A DNA stretch of 64,000 nt, from contig CAVNZM010000008.1 in the NCBI GenBank assembly GCA_963693365.1, positions 8,808,818 through 8,872,817 on the forward strand, written 5' to 3'. This document shows positions 12,933-53,914 of this stretch, in pieces (the stretch's first letter is position 1; each line of letters opens with the position of its first letter). This stretch comes from Amoebidium appalachense. Lineage: Eukaryota > Protista > Ichthyosporea. The translations under genes were made by a program, and so were the position numbers. A model generated the notes under the pieces. The model did no database searches and was not told the origin of the DNA. It saw only the letters and a list, made by a program, of their open reading frames with translations.

Positions 12933-15853
12933 GGTAGGTTTCTCGACGAGAATACAGAAAAAAGCAAAAGGGCAAGTTCAGATAAAAAGAGAGCACAAAA
13001 AGTTGTCCGCAAGTGTGTGTGCCTAGCTTTGTGTGCTGAGCACAACCGTGTGACTCCAGAAGGTCGGTTTTCTTTCGTGTATAAATACAGAAGTATGTTT
13101 TCGTTATGAGAAAGTGAAGCACAGCTATCACAGTTTCTCGAGCTGTTTACGGGGTTTTGATCGTTGTATTGGAAAAGTTTCCACACCTGTCACTTCTTAC
13201 GATCACGAAGATGCGGTAACCTTAGACTACAATAAACTATATATTTACGACAAACCTGTCTTTCCTCTCACCCTAGCGCCTATCTACACCTTAGAACTGC
13301 TATATAGCTATTCCCCTATCTCTCCACTATAATCTCCAGTGGAAAACTCAAGACCTCCACCCAGGTGTCATGATTTTTCCGGAATATACCGCTCAGGTGT
13401 CAAGAACACAAAACGGGACACAAGTCAGTGTGAGGGGCGGAAGACCCAGCAACAGAGTTTTATGCCGCAGGCATCTCACTCAAGTGCCTAAATGCTTTGC
13501 GGTATTACAGGCGCCTGATTGTAAGCCAATAAAAGATTGGATTTAGGTGCAGGTGCCAGGGATGTAGGGATGTGGATCAACCGGAGAGAGGAAGGGGTAA
13601 AAAAGAGTATTATATAGACGTAACATCAGTTCAAATCCGAAAAAATAATTATTTTGCATCACTATTAGAGGTATTTCATAAATTTATTGTCATAAAGGCT
13701 AAAAAAATGATGCATTCCACTTATGATACGGTCATTAACTTCCTAATACACCTAACTGCTGAACCAATCAAAAGTTAAATGATATTGCCAGCTAAGTCGA
13801 ACACAAGCAAACTTTTTAACTTTAGCATTAACCGGACGGGCAGTTTCTTTTGCGAACGACTTCCGCCAGACCAATTCTGTTATAGAAAACCCTGTTATTT
13901 ATCAAGAATATGTACTCAAAAAGAAACTAAGTAATATAGTTAAATGGAATAATGCAGAATGTGCAGCTAGTTTAATGCAGACTACACGTCTGAGACACAG
14001 AGGGGTCGAGCTGAGGCCGAATGGAGAAACGCATAATAACGGCTACATATCACCAATTGCTGAGATTTAATAAACAATAACGCTTCTGTATCACGGTACG
14101 GATCTACCGGCTCTTGAAGGATGCCGATAGTTGGTGAGTATCCACTAATCGCTTGAGCCGATCTCTCATTTGAATCATTCCAAACTCCTCCCTAGAGTCA
14201 AACCTCTTTAAAATCAAACACATCCTCCTAATTGCGCATGCGCATGCCGGTAACTTCTACCGGAAGGCCGCCTCTATGTCAGAATAAACATATGAGAAAA
14301 AGAAGAAGTACGCGAGAAGAAAAGTTGAAGACTCAACAAGCGCAATAAAATATTAGGCATTATCTTGATGTGCACCTTTTTTTTTGGAACTTTCGGCTGC
14401 AAGAAATCTGAGGACCCGCACGGTCACCCTGAGCTCTGCATCCGAAGCCTCTATAAGGCACTGGACATCATCGAGTTATTCCTTTTCTGTTGCCGTGGCG
14501 GGTTCATCTGATTGGCCGTTAGAAAAAGCCCGCGAAAACAACCGCCAGACTTTCGAATACCGTCAAAATGATAACGTCCGTTCAAGTTGGGTTTTGGTAA
14601 ACATAAAAAATAATTATAAGCAGACAACTTCTCGCCAGCATGGCGGAAAGGGAGCAACAGAAGTATAATTGATTACACACATGGTGTACGCATGCTTGTC
14701 TTGGCCTGGTAATTGACATGACATGACCAATTGCAATCACAAATGGCCATGGGCAATTGCTATGGTCATCTTTTCGATGTTGTAGATTTCTAAAACAGGT
14801 GAAATGCATATGCATATCCTTCACTCCAGCATCACTAAAAGGTTTGCAAACACTGTCATGCACACTTGCATGTGGTGTTTTTGGTTTTTTATTCAGCAAA
14901 ACTAAGGTGATAGATGGCAAGCAGATACACAGCTGCGGCACATTCTCTTGGACTGCTACGCTCCGTATCATGATCGATACATAAATTCATTTTTCCAAAA
15001 TTCTTTAACTACAGACTATATGCACCTCGATTCTTGGCCAATACATGGGCTCCAACGCCTGTATTCCCTTTGGGATATGTACATGCGGGGATGTGTGTCC
15101 GTGTGTGTGTCTGTGGGTGGGTGGGTGGATGGGTGCGTGTCTGCGTGCAAGTACTTAAGCGAAAGCCAGAATCGCAATGCGCATGGTGTGCATATGTATG
15201 CGAGCATGTGTGTGTGTGTGTGTGTGTGTTTGTGTGTACTACGTGTGCATACAGTCTCTACGAGTGCGCAGTCTAGCTACAATGGGAAGCCAAACTTCAG
15301 ATCAATTTCAAAAAGCATTCGAAAATTTCGAGAATTTCAACTCCGCTTTCAGGCATGATGTCACATGCAGGACGACATAGAGGTTACCAGAACAGCGTGG
15401 AGATACACTCAAAACCAATCTCCTGAATATGTGGCTATCAAGAATCCCTAACAGCTTACCGCCATTGTTTGAATGTTTGAATTTGGCAGAATAACTATAT
15501 ATCAGAGAGTCCATTTTCATGCATTCAGTTTCTAGGTAACCCCAACAAACCACGACGTGCTTTAATACTAGCAACTTCTGCCGGCTGAGCAGGCAACCAT
15601 ACGGCTCCCATATATACCACTAATGTACCTGTGTGCTATAGGCAACACAAAACAAGTGCACATGTTGTGATGTTGTGAGGTGTGTGTGGGGGGTTTACGC
15701 TTGTATCCACAACAGGGTTTGTTGCCCGAGATGAAGAGGGAGGGAGAGAAGGTGGGAGGGACGGAGGGAGGGACGGAGGGACGGAGGGACGGAGGGAGGG
15801 AGGGAGAGAGAGAGAGAGGGAGGGATCGGGGGATCGAGGGAGTTTGGGAGGCT

Positions 15854-35167
<19,314 letters not shown>

Positions 35168-35990
35168 TTTCTCGTCGGCACTCTAACGTTGACGCAGCGG
35201 GGGTTGAAATGAATCCGTTCTAAACCAACGACTGCCTTTTCGGAGCCTACTTGCTCTTGAAAGTTCAGCTCAAACGTGGGACCCTAACGCCTCTGTGCAA
35301 CATGGAACAAATCAAGCTGAAGGAAGCACTAACAGACTATGACAGCTTTGCCTATTCAACAGTTTCCCCGGCTGTATTCTCCCTGCACGAGCTGTGTACA
35401 ATATAATCTATATGTTTAAAGATCCTAGTTTGTGGAAAGCCTTGTGGAAAAAACAACCTTAGCATTTTGGAAGGACAACTCAACATGTAAGCAAGCCCCT
35501 TGTCCCCCTTGCCCAGGCCCGCGCTCTCAGAATAATATTGATGAGCTTTGTCCAACCACATCACACAACGTATCTTAAAAAGGTTATTTATGGCAAGTTC
35601 TTATCTTTTCGACGAATGGCCTTATTACAGTAAAGTTCGCATTAGCCGCCTTTCTCTTCCGTTTGTCACTTCCTCCGGCCGCATGCACACATGTACACTC
35701 GAAGGAGACCTGGAAGTTGTTTCGAAACTTGCGTATGCACAATTAGATTATTCACGGCGAAGAAATCATTTTTTACCAGCTTGAAGTTGAAAGAGCAGAA
35801 GCTTGAAAAGTTTAGTGTACAGCCGTTTTGGAATATCACTGGAAAGCTCATTGGTTCAGCAAGGGCACACGCTTGACTTGCCTCGAGTCCAGCTTGCGAA
35901 GTCACAAACACGCTTGTTGTTTGATACTTTTCTATTTCCTTTGACAAGCTTGTGAAGTGTTACTAACCAGGCATAGTTTCATAAATAGCC
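35168..35990. promoter_or_regulatory. Head-to-head interval between TAF5 and the methyltransferase (probable bidirectional promoter and 5' UTRs)
   Basis: Microsatellite-free interval between divergent genes. TACTAACCAG branch/acceptor at 35961-35970 implies a 5' UTR intron. A 34-aa ATG ORF lies at 35302-35406 on the plus strand. Confidence 0.5.
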
Positions 35991-43585
<7,595 letters not shown>

Positions 43586-43878
43586 AGGATGAATGAACCG
43601 CTATGTATAGGTACTGATCCCGTGCTTGAGTCTATACATATTGTTTTAACTAAATTGCACTAGGCGGGCGGGATTAGACTATTATATATGAGAAAATAGG
43701 GAAATCTTTCGAGGCTGTCACTCTATATTGATGTGCACACACACCGTTTGAATCGATTGTAAATACACATCCCTCGGCCCATGTGCGCTCACGGACATAG
43801 GCAGGCGCGTACTCAGAATGACACATATGCATGCACTCAGAATGGACACATGCACACTCACAAACGCCGCATATAAAA

Positions 43879-44006
<128 letters not shown>

Positions 44007-44424
44007 GTGTCTTGTTATCGGCCGTAACGGATGTAAACAATCCTTGTTTGCATTTATTAATAATCATCAGTAAGCCATATTAATATACATATGCACCGTA
44101 ACATTCCATGAATTAAAAATAAACGTAAGGTAACTTCAACGGCGTTTATAATTTTAACATCATTGGATACATCAATTCAGCTTCTAAGTGACATAAGATC
44201 TTGAATCATTTATCATCTCACACGGAAGACACATACACAACTGTCCACTGTTAGCACTAATACAAACATCATCATTATAGTACTAATTACTAATTACAAT
44301 CCATATGTACAATGGATTGATTACCTTATTACTATTGCACAAATTCAACATCACAATAATCGACCATTTTCTTTCGATCTTTCTAGACAGAACCTTTCTA
44401 CACTTCCAATGATTATTCATCACA

Positions 44425-44508
<84 letters not shown>

Positions 44509-44904
44509 CCAACATTGATAGCATAACAACTACCCGATACCAATCCATACAATGGATGGTTTATATGAAACATACTTCATCGTAACTACATCTTTCAATC
44601 CGACCATAATTAAACTAGTTATACTGATCATCACGTCTTCATCGCAGATAGATATATGGTTCAAACAATTATTAGTGCCACGTTAACATCACGGGATATC
44701 ACATGTACAGGATGATATACGAAACATAGCAGGATGACATTCGTCTACTAATCTCTATATAGATGCAGGCCTATAGGTCACCAAACTACAAGCTATTATC
44801 ATACATGTACACACTAATGATCATGAGAGATTACCATTAGTTCTCAACAACCAATCACACCGACCTTTTAAATTTTAAAATTTAATCTTCCTTTAGTACT
44901 AGTA

Positions 44905-45406
44905 TTAGATTGAAGAGTCTGAACTTGCTCCCGTCGCACTGCGACACCGATCCAAATTAGGAAGTACATTGAGATGTTTGGCCTTGGTCACAGCCGCCAC
45001 GGCGACGGTAGCCGTTGGTGCGGTGAATGGGCACTGGTAGTTATTAATAGCAGATCTGCGCCAACGCCGCAAGACCGTCAACCGCATACTTTGAATCTTT
45101 CGCCGCCTTTTCCTTTGCTTCGCACGCTGCGGACAATATAATCTCCCTCAGTTTCTTGGCCTCCTGTTCCAAATCCGTGACTTGAGAAAGTAGCTTCTCG
45201 CCCTTCTCTGTCTGGGCCTTGATGTGCTGTTCCAGACGTAGCTTGTGCGTTTTACGCTTTTCCCTCGCACGTGCGGAGTGTTCACGTGACCGCCTGAGCG
45301 ACTCCTCGTCCATCCGCCGAAGCCGCTTATGTGGTCCCTTCACTACGTGACCACGAATCTTGTCTTTCCTCAGGGGAAAATGCGGCGGTGTGACATTTGA
45401 TGAAGC
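44905..45406 (-). pseudogene. bZIP paralog 1, frameshifted near 45052; upstream remnants probably at about 46340-46830
   Basis: CAG acceptor at 45409-45407, then ..DEESLRRSREHSARAREKRK plus zipper and ALAQI. A frameshift restores AINNY, which matches AINSF in paralog 2. Confidence 0.65.
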
Positions 45407-47242
45407 CTGTTGGGCAAAGCCTTGGGCCGCGCGCGCGCGCGCGCGCGATGAAAAGATGAAGAAAAAATCGAGACACAGATACTCGGAAAGAGGGAAAGAA
45501 AATGTGAATGAGAGCTTGAAAAGGGAAAGAAGAAAGCGAGAAAAGAAAAAGAGAAATAGAAAACTTTTGAAGTTCTAGAAGCCCTCTCTCGGTCCGATTT
45601 CTCGCCTTCCTCTCTCCTCTCTCCGTTTGTGCATAAATTCGACTGTGAATTAATGTTTGCTTGTGTGGATATGTCGGGCATGGGTCATGGTGCGCACATT
45701 TGTGTGTGTGCATGTATGTGTGTGTGAGTGGGTCCCTCCGTCCATGCATGGATGTTGTGCAAGGACATGTGTGTGTTTGTGTGCGTGTGTGTGTGTGCGT
45801 GTGTGTTGTGTGTGTGTGCGTGTGTGCGTGTGCGTATGTGTGTGTGTGCGATTGTGTTTGTTCCACACAGTGTATGTGTGTGTGTGCGCATGTGATCGTG
45901 TGTTTGCGTGTGCGTGTGTGTGTGCATGTGTACATGTGTGTGTCCGTGTGTGTATGTGTGTCTGCATTTGCACGTGCGTGTGTGCGTGTACCTGTGCGTG
46001 AGGTAATGTGTGTGTGTGTGTGTGTGTGTGTGCGTGCATGTGTGCAGGTGCCTGTGCGTGTGCGTGTGCATGTGTGTGTGTGTGTGCGTGTGCATGTGCG
46101 CGTGCACCACTGTGCCGTAGGTGTGCGTGTGCATGTGGGTGTCTTATGTTACTTTGCGCATGTTTGTGCACAAGATGTCTGCACACCCACCGATTTGTGT
46201 GCTTGTGTTCGTTCGTTCCCTTTTTTTTAAAAAAAAAAAAAAAAAAATCTGTAAGCGGACTGTGCCACATGATGTATGCACTTCAGTTCTGAACCGATGA
46301 CAAAAGTGTCGGCAAATAGCCTATGCCCGGCCGTCCGTCAGGTCTGCAAAAACAGGCAGTTACGCAGATTCACAGGCACGTACGGGCACACAACTTTAAC
46401 ACGCATGCAAGCACTCATACCACAGGCACGCCATGACGGGCATGCAGGCACGTAAACAAGTACGCACACAAGCCCGTTGCCTTTCACACATGCATACGGA
46501 AGTTCATGCGCACCACCGAATAGTCGTATTTTTCTTTGTGTTGAAAATTCCGGCCCCGGACTCACAGTGGATAGACCATTTTTGGCTTGGGTACGTAGGA
46601 TGCCTGTGCACAGCCTGCTTAGAGGGGAAGGTGGGTGGGCTGGGGGAGGGGGGCGGGGGGAGGGGGGGCGGGGGGGAGGGGGAGAGGGGGGAGGAGGGGG
46701 AGAGGGGTGGAGGGTTGAAGGGATGACCACGGGCACCTCGTGTGTCAGAACACCTTGGCTTGGGAATCGTGTTCGATACAGAAAAAAGGTTTCTGCTGTA
46801 AGGAAGAGGAAAGGAGGAGCACACATGCTCTCCTCTAGACTCTGAGTACACCAATTGATATGATAGAAGCACATCTTTGGCTTCTATGTATCCCGCATTG
46901 GAAAAAGGTCGGACAACCGCACTATACCGTAACCAAAACGTGGTTAGGCAGTTAAAACTAAAACTATTGTTCTGTGTTAGGTAATTAGAACATGGCCGCA
47001 TTAGTGTTAGACTAGATAGTAATCAGATACATTATTAGTGTAGAAATGACATATATACAAGTACAATCTAGTAGAGACTTCACAGATAGTGTAAGACTGC
47101 TGCCAACGCCCCAGTGGCAGCAAAGAACACACCTTTTAGAATATGATTAAAACTAAAATACAAAACTGAGCAATTTCTAACACTTTTAACAACTATAACT
47201 CAACGTTTTAAAGGTGGCCAGCACCTTTCAACATCGAGCCTC

Positions 47243-48349
47243 TTAATTCTTATCATCCGATTCACTACGTTCCTCGCCCTTTTCGCTTAAAGACGGCTTG
47301 GGACACAGTGGCCTCCCGGCTATTTTCCGGGCAGGCTCCTGTTGTGTGCTTAAAGTCAACGAGCTATGAAAGCTATTAATAGCAAAAACCTGCGCCATAG
47401 CAACCAGCGCCAATCCCAACATCTTTGGGTCGGCAGTCACCTGTTGTTGGAGTTCGTGCGCTCGCTGGAAAGCCTGTTGCTTCATTTCAAACGCCTTGGC
47501 TTCAATCGCAGCGACCTTTTCCTTGAGAGTTTCCGCCTTTTCCGTTAACTTATTTGCCCTCTTTTCCAACTCTTCCCTCTCCTGTCTTCTCCTCTCTCTG
47601 GCGCGCGCCGAATGGGCTCGGCAACGTGCGAGTGTCTCTTCGTCCCTTCGTCTTCTCTTCGACGACATCCGGGCGTACTTTCTAACTCTCCGCCCTTCGA
47701 CACCCGTTGCTTTCTGTTGTTGCTGTGAATCGTAGCCGTAACTTCCAGGCACGATGGCGTTTGTTTCGAACATTTGCGCCGATGGGAACAGAGAATTCTC
47801 TTGCGCGTGTTTGGGCGTGAGAACGGCCACGGGAAAAAAAGGTGCGGGTGTTGGGCTCAGAAGCTCGCCGTATAGGCTGGTGTCGACACGGTTTTGCTCG
47901 TATGTAAATAAGCCGGATGCGCCAGTATTTGGTGTTGTCGGTGTGTTTACTTGCAATGATGGTGGCAAGACACCAAAGTTGAAGGAACTTGAAGAAGTGG
48001 GGTCTGTCATTTCGGACATGCCTGAAAACTCGGAAGGAAAAGAGTAGGCGGGCGAGGGATACGCCGAGTGGCCGCCTGGGGGGGTGGGCTGCTCGTAGTG
48101 GCTGAGTGTAGCACACCCATCCTCGATGTCTGCTAAATCCCCCTCGCTCGCAGTTTCCGCGTTCCAACTTAGGTCGCTTTGGTCAATCGAGAAAACAGCA
48201 TCACCCTGCTCTACGACGGGTTCGTGCAGGACGCTTTCGTTTTGACGAAAGTTCAAATTGTGGGTTGAAGGAGATTGCTGCCGTTCTCCTCCCATGTCAC
48301 CACCCATCACCAACCAAGGTGGGTAAAGAGGCATGCTCATAGCTTCCAT
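47243..48349 (-). CDS. Atypical bZIP transcription factor (paralog 2), intronless, 368 aa
   Basis: ATG at 48349. Acidic/Ser/Pro-rich N-terminus, basic region KRRRRDEETLARCRAHSARARERRR, and heptads L-L-L-I-M. Confidence 0.85.
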   Translation of the reverse strand: MEAMSMPLYPPWLVMGGDMGGERQQSPSTHNLNFRQNESVLHEPVVEQGDAVFSIDQSDLSWNAETASEGDLADIEDGCATLSHYEQPTPPGGHSAYPSPAYSFPSEFSGMSEMTDPTSSSSFNFGVLPPSLQVNTPTTPNTGASGLFTYEQNRVDTSLYGELLSPTPAPFFPVAVLTPKHAQENSLFPSAQMFETNAIVPGSYGYDSQQQQKATGVEGRRVRKYARMSSKRRRRDEETLARCRAHSARARERRRQEREELEKRANKLTEKAETLKEKVAAIEAKAFEMKQQAFQRAHELQQQVTADPKMLGLALVAMAQVFAINSFHSSLTLSTQQEPARKIAGRPLCPKPSLSEKGEERSESDDKN

Positions 48350-48662
48350 TGTGCTTAAATCTGAGTAAAAAAGAGCGAGAAAATTTAAGGAGTGCACGTG
48401 AATGCAGCTGCGTACTTCTTTCGTCAAGCACACGGCACTTTTACGCACGTTTGTGTATAAACTTCAGCCCAACGGACAGATACTTAGTTAATTATAGCCT
48501 TTTCTTGCTTATTTCGTTGAGAATGAGAAACACACACCGGCACTTGTTCACTTCTAAGAAGATGTTTACGTTTGCTGGAAGGAAAAGAAAAAGGCTTGCC
48601 ACGCTAGACAACTGAAACTTTTCCGTGAGCCAGGCTTTGTCAGGCGCGTCCGACTCATTTCA

Positions 48663-49028
48663 TGAACGGTTCGGTCCAAACCGCCAGACCGCGGTTTGCG
48701 ATGTCGAACCAAACCGAACCGTTACGAGTCGGTTCAAACCCGTCGAACCATGCATATGTGTCCCAGAGGGTTTACCTGTGTTATTTACTATGTTTATGCG
48801 TGTAGAAGTGTGTGTGGGTGCCTGTGCGTGTGTGTTTAGTGTTTTTGGGGAGCCGTTTTCCGACGGGGAGTGAACGGTGGTGGGTCCCCCGCCCGAAGTT
48901 GTTCTACTCGTTTCCCCTCCGGCCCCCCCTCCCCCGGCCCGGCCTGACCGAATCTCCCCGGCCACGGCCCAGACCGCCAGCTGTGCAGACCGCGGTTTGG
49001 GACATCGAACCGAACCGAGCCGAACCGC
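48663..49028. repeat. AACCG/CGGTT-rich element with a ~45-bp imperfect direct repeat; possible hAT-like subterminal remnant
   Basis: cagaccgcggtttg.ga..tcgaacc.aaccga.ccg occurs at about 48685 and 48986, with many GAACCG motifs. Confidence 0.4.
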
Positions 49029-50811
49029 GAGGGGGTGTGTAGTGCATTGGTCCCACTCACCGACTGATCACGAGTGGGTTTGATTGGTCCTTGGTACCAC
49101 CCCCATTGTTGAGGGGGGGCAAATCTTATGATCGGGATTAACGTGCACCCTCACCCAACAAAGATGCCCATTTATACGGTTTTGATTTGTTGTAGACAGT
49201 CAGGAAGCAATGAAATACAATAGAAACTGGTTTTGGAATTTTAAATGGTTTTTTAAGGGTATTTGTATACAGTAAAACTGACCATGGTGCTCCGGTGTTA
49301 GAATGTGCGTGCGATGGTCTTTTTCACTTTTCACCCGAGTGATCACTTTGCATTCCTTTGATCGGCGTGCACAGCCTCTGCCAATCAGCGATGAGTGCCA
49401 AAGTCCGCGGCGCCGCGGCGGTGCGAGCGCAAAGCTTGTTTACAAAGTGAGCCTACCACCACAAAAGTTTTACACATGGACTACTCTGTCGTGATGTTAC
49501 AATATCATCGCTTCAAGATTATACTTTATTACTATAGGTACAAAAAGCAGCGAAACTAGATACCCGCATGCACAGCAAAGCCACGTCCATCTGGGGAGGT
49601 TACGGCATGTATCCATTGCTATCCCCAGTGGCAGTATCCCGCTATAACCCGGCCAATGAATGTAATAAAAGCACTGACTTATGCATTCCTGTGATCGATT
49701 GAGGACTGTGTAATTCGATTGGGAAATGAGAGACTAGGGCCAGCTGACTCCAACAAAAAACATAAATATCACGTGCATTTACAAACCAAGTGATTGGGTA
49801 CATTGTCTAAGGCCATGCAAATCAATATAAGAAAGCACATACTGTATTCTGCCAAAATAGCATTATGTTCTTGCGGGATAGTTTCGTCTTGTCCGGCTGG
49901 CCGGAGTGGCTTTGTTCCCGTGCAAGGCTGCTCAGGTATTGGTTCCGTATTGGTTGATCGCTCCTGTTATATTGGCTCTGGTCGATGATTGGCCAATAAA
50001 GTGGGGGAGAAACTGTGTAGAAAAAGAGAGAGAGAGAGAAAGAGAAAGGCGTACAAACTACTACAAAGTTCTGTTTCCGGAATCGGATGCTCCGAGAAGT
50101 CGCCCCCACTAAATACAGAGTTACAGACACCATTGTAACTTTGACTTGTGATCTTTGCAAAGCACAAATGTACCTATTCCGTTGCTACAACCAACGGTGT
50201 TGTGCGTGCAAAGCGTGGCAGCGGCTCGAATGAGAGTCTTCACTCTTGTGCAGATGATGCAAAAACATCCATCAGTAGTAATACAGGCCCCCTGTAAAGC
50301 ACTAATATTTGTTCTCATGCTCAGTTTGTGAATAAGTTTGTGCATTCCGGCTTTCATGCATGAATCCGAAGTGTGTGCACAATGGCATCAGGATACCCTG
50401 TATGTACATGTCGGGAGGGGTTGCAACTTGCCATGCCGGTGAACGGTTTGTAGACGCATGTCATGTGCCAGTTACCTGTGCCAGCACATGCCAGTCGACT
50501 TGGGCACTACTGAACTTCGTACCTAAAATGTTCAGGTTTGACAAAATGCATGGAAAAACCAGGCCTCGTCTATTCCAAGCAGCTGCAGTCACTATGGATC
50601 GTTGGCATATTCTCTTCGGCTGGCCAGTATCGATGGAAAAGTACTTAAAAAATTCTTAATATATTTTTATCAACCGATTTGCACAGAAAGTAGTACATGT
50701 GTGTTCAGTGTCACTCTTGAGGGCCCGGGGCCATGAACAGCTGGCCGCCATAACCGTGGGGATTACGAGCACGCCCACTGTGACTCTTCGTGACGTCACC
50801 ATTATAACTAT

Positions 50812-50877
50812 CACCCCGTTAGCACCCCGTTAATTAGCATCCCGTTAGCACCCCGTTAGCACCCCGTTAGCACCCCG
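50812..50877. repeat. 11-bp minisatellite (CACCCCGTTAG)n, about 6 copies
   Basis: Directly visible tandem repeat. Confidence 0.85.
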
Positions 50878-51754
50878 CACAAGCCTCAGCAAGTACAGTT
50901 AGCATGCCCAGTGAGTGCCACAGCCATGCCAGTCTGTAGCGCTAGTTACTCTACAGTGTCGTGTATGCGAATAGTTGTAACCGTTTTGCATCGATAGATA
51001 CCGCAGGTTCATTCTGCAGGCCAGCGCTAGCACTCCAGAGCCATGCTTTTAGTCTCCAAGGCTATGTACCTGCTGGCTTACGTAAGTGGCCGGGCCCGGC
51101 TTTACTACGCGGCGTGTCGCCTGCGACAACATAAAAAATAAAAAAATAATAAAAAAAATAAAAAAAGAAATAAATAAAATAAAATAAAAAACCATAAACG
51201 AAGAAGAGGCCGCAGGGAGACGGCACTCAGAGTGACTACCATGCTAAGGTAATATTGCTCAATCATGGGTAGCCATGGGACCAACAACTATCATTTTTTT
51301 ATTTTATTTTTTGATCACGTTTTGTTCTCGCAGAGCCTTTGCAGGCCCTCTAGAGAAACTAGGCTACCACACAGCACCGACAGTACAGCTAGTTAAGGCG
51401 CTATCTATGAGTTCAGCTAAGTTAAACCATCCTTCACAAACTAACTATAAGTATACTTTGTTACACACTTTGCCCAGGTAATACCACCCCAGACACGGAC
51501 AACTATCAATACATCCTGCAGCGTTATCATGGTAAACACGTGCATTATGCATGTCACACAGAGGTGTTGTAGGCGCAGTGGTAGTGGCATGGCGGAGCAG
51601 AGCCCTGCCACTATGGGAGGGAGGAGGAGTGGGGGTGGAGGGTAGGGGTTTGAGGTGAAGAGGCCTAGGGGGCTGGGGAGGGGGGGGGGGGGGGAGGGGA
51701 TCCTTCTTGTTCTGCTCTGGGCAGGTGGCAGGTGGCCGTCGCCGGATCCTAGGA

Positions 51755-51821
51755 TCCCTTCCCATATAGCATGCTAATCAACTGCGGCAGGTATTTTTTT
51801 TTTTTTTTGGCAAGGGGGGGG

Positions 51822-51856
<35 letters not shown>

Positions 51857-51860
51857 GAAG

Positions 51861-51892
<32 letters not shown>

Positions 51893-52216
51893 GAGTCTCT
51901 CCATTTTCCCCAAGCACCTCTCTCTCCCTTGTTAACACCATTCCAAACAGCAATTCAAAATTTTATCGAGACAACCCCTTCCCATGCTGATTGACTGCGG
52001 CACATATTTTGTTTGTTTGTTTGTTTGTTTGTATTGTTTGTTTTGTTTTTTGTTTTTTGAGGGAAGGGAAGGCGGGGGGGGGGGGGGGGGGGGGGGGGGG
52101 GAGAGGGGGGCACTTCCTCCTCATTTTTCCGGCACCTCTCCCTCCCTGTTTGTCACCCACCAACTCCTGGTACGTCACTCGTTCTAAACAGCAATTCAAA
52201 TTTTGATCGAGGCAAC
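51755..52216. repeat. Diverged tandem duplication with a period of about 220-240 bp
   Basis: ccttcccat..gct.at..actgcggca and aaacagcaattcaaa.ttt.atcgag.caac each occur twice, with G-runs between them. Confidence 0.7.
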
Positions 52217-52678
52217 ATTGTTGTGCTTGCTGTTTGTGACTGTGTGTGCTTGTGTATGTGTATGTGTATAGCCCGCAGTGTGTGTTGTGTCTGGAGGTGT
52301 CATTATATTTGTGTGTTTGCGCAAGTTTGTGTGCCCCTGGTACCGTTACGGCACTGTGGTTTATGTGCGTGGGCGCACGGTGCTGTTTGGATCCGAGAAT
52401 GAGCATACTGATTACATCATGCGGCATGTGTCACGGGTGTGACGGCGTGTGTGTGTGTGTGTGGGTGACGCTGCGTGTCTGTGTGTGTGCCCGCGCGATG
52501 CTGTGCGTCTAATGTGAGAGATGACGTGTGTACGTCTATGTGTGTGGGTGTGTTGTGTGTGTGTCTGTGTATGTATGTGCGTGTGTGCATGTGTGTGCAT
52601 GTGTGTGTGTGGGTGGGTGTGTGTGTGTGTGTGCGCGCGCGCGTGTGTGTGTGCGTGTGTGTGTGCGTGCATGCGTGC

Positions 52679-52712
<34 letters not shown>

Positions 52713-52760
52713 CACTGTGTGCTCCCTGTTTTGTGCGTGTCCACGTGCGATAGACACTTA

Positions 52761-52980
52761 CAGGGCCCTAGCAGGCTAAATTTAAGATTTTTCGAACTTA
52801 AGAATCTGGCGCTAGAAATTCTAGAAAAATTAAGATTCTAGTAGGCTAGGCCCCAGAACATATATGAAAATTAAGATTTATTTCCTTTTCCCATAGTGGG
52901 CTAGGAGCCTCGGATCTGGAAATAAGAATCTAGCTGGCTGGAGCCAAAATTCACGTAATCTTAAATTCAGCCTACCCCTG
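52761..52980. mobile_element. MITE, 220 bp, TA target-site duplication (Tc1/mariner-type)
   Basis: TA|CAGGG...AGGCTAAATTTAAGATT at the left end and AATCTTAAATTCAGCCT.CCCCTG|TA at the right end. Internal AAGAATCT/AATTAAGATT repeats. Confidence 0.7.
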
Positions 52981-53768
52981 TAAACCTTTTAGATGCCAGT
53001 ATATCCGTTTGTATTTGAGTCACAGTGTGAATGCAGAAAAAGCATGTATCTGCATGTGCATCTGTATAGGTGTATGAGCATGTACCTCGGGTGTGGTGTT
53101 TGTGTGTGTGCTCCTTGTGTACACAGCTACTACACGCAGGGGAAAAGAGAGTGTGGGTGTAGGTACAAGTAGTTACCTGGGAGTGAGGGAAAAAAGGAGG
53201 TGCTCACATGCACATTTTGCTCTCAATATTATAATAGTTACTCTATCTTTGGCACCTTCGAATATGGGATTGATTTTATTATGCTAATGTGAAAACAGTG
53301 TGAGGGGACGTCGGTGTAGGGAGGCAGGGGGGGGGGGGAGGGGGGGGGGGGGGGGGGGGGGGGCACGGGGGTGAGGGGGGGGAGGAGAGGGGGGAAGGGA
53401 GGGAGAGGGGGGAGGAGGGGCCAGCACGTCGATTTTTAGTAAGGCAGATTGGGAGTGTGAAACAAGCATTAAAGCCTCATCGTGATAGATCCCAGGGACG
53501 TAGGGAGAGGGGTAAACGTTTGAGCATACGTGAAGGGAGAGGGGGGGGGGCAGGGGGAGGGGGGGGGAGGGGGGGGGGCTTGTAGTGTGTAGCCTAAAAA
53601 TTTCAAGTGATAGCAGATATAATAAGCTTCGATGTTCGTGTTTTGGATTTGAGCGTGTAAACCACTGCCAAATCCCTTTTTACTGGAATTATATCCGAAT
53701 TAATCACGGCAGTCGGAGGGGATGAGTGGTCGGACTCCCCCCTTTCCCCCCCTCCCCCCCTCCCTCCC

Positions 53769-53824
<56 letters not shown>

Positions 53825-53881
53825 CCATGGGGGGAGAGGGGGAGAGATTGGGACTTCGGGGATGGTGGTGGGTCCAGCTTC

Positions 53882-53914
<33 letters not shown>

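Noticed and set aside
13600-13920. AT-rich stretch with faint LINE RT-like words (also 44140-44800)
   Set aside because: Too decayed to support by eye, and not recognisably mitochondrial either.
14233-14266. TGCGCATGCGCA (NRF1-like) plus CCGGAAG (ETS-like) motifs
   Set aside because: Alternating purine-pyrimidine words are very common here and no gene start is adjacent.
50812-50877. CACCCCGTTAG repeat as telomeric or CRISPR-like
   Set aside because: No spacers and not a TTAGGG array. It is an ordinary minisatellite.
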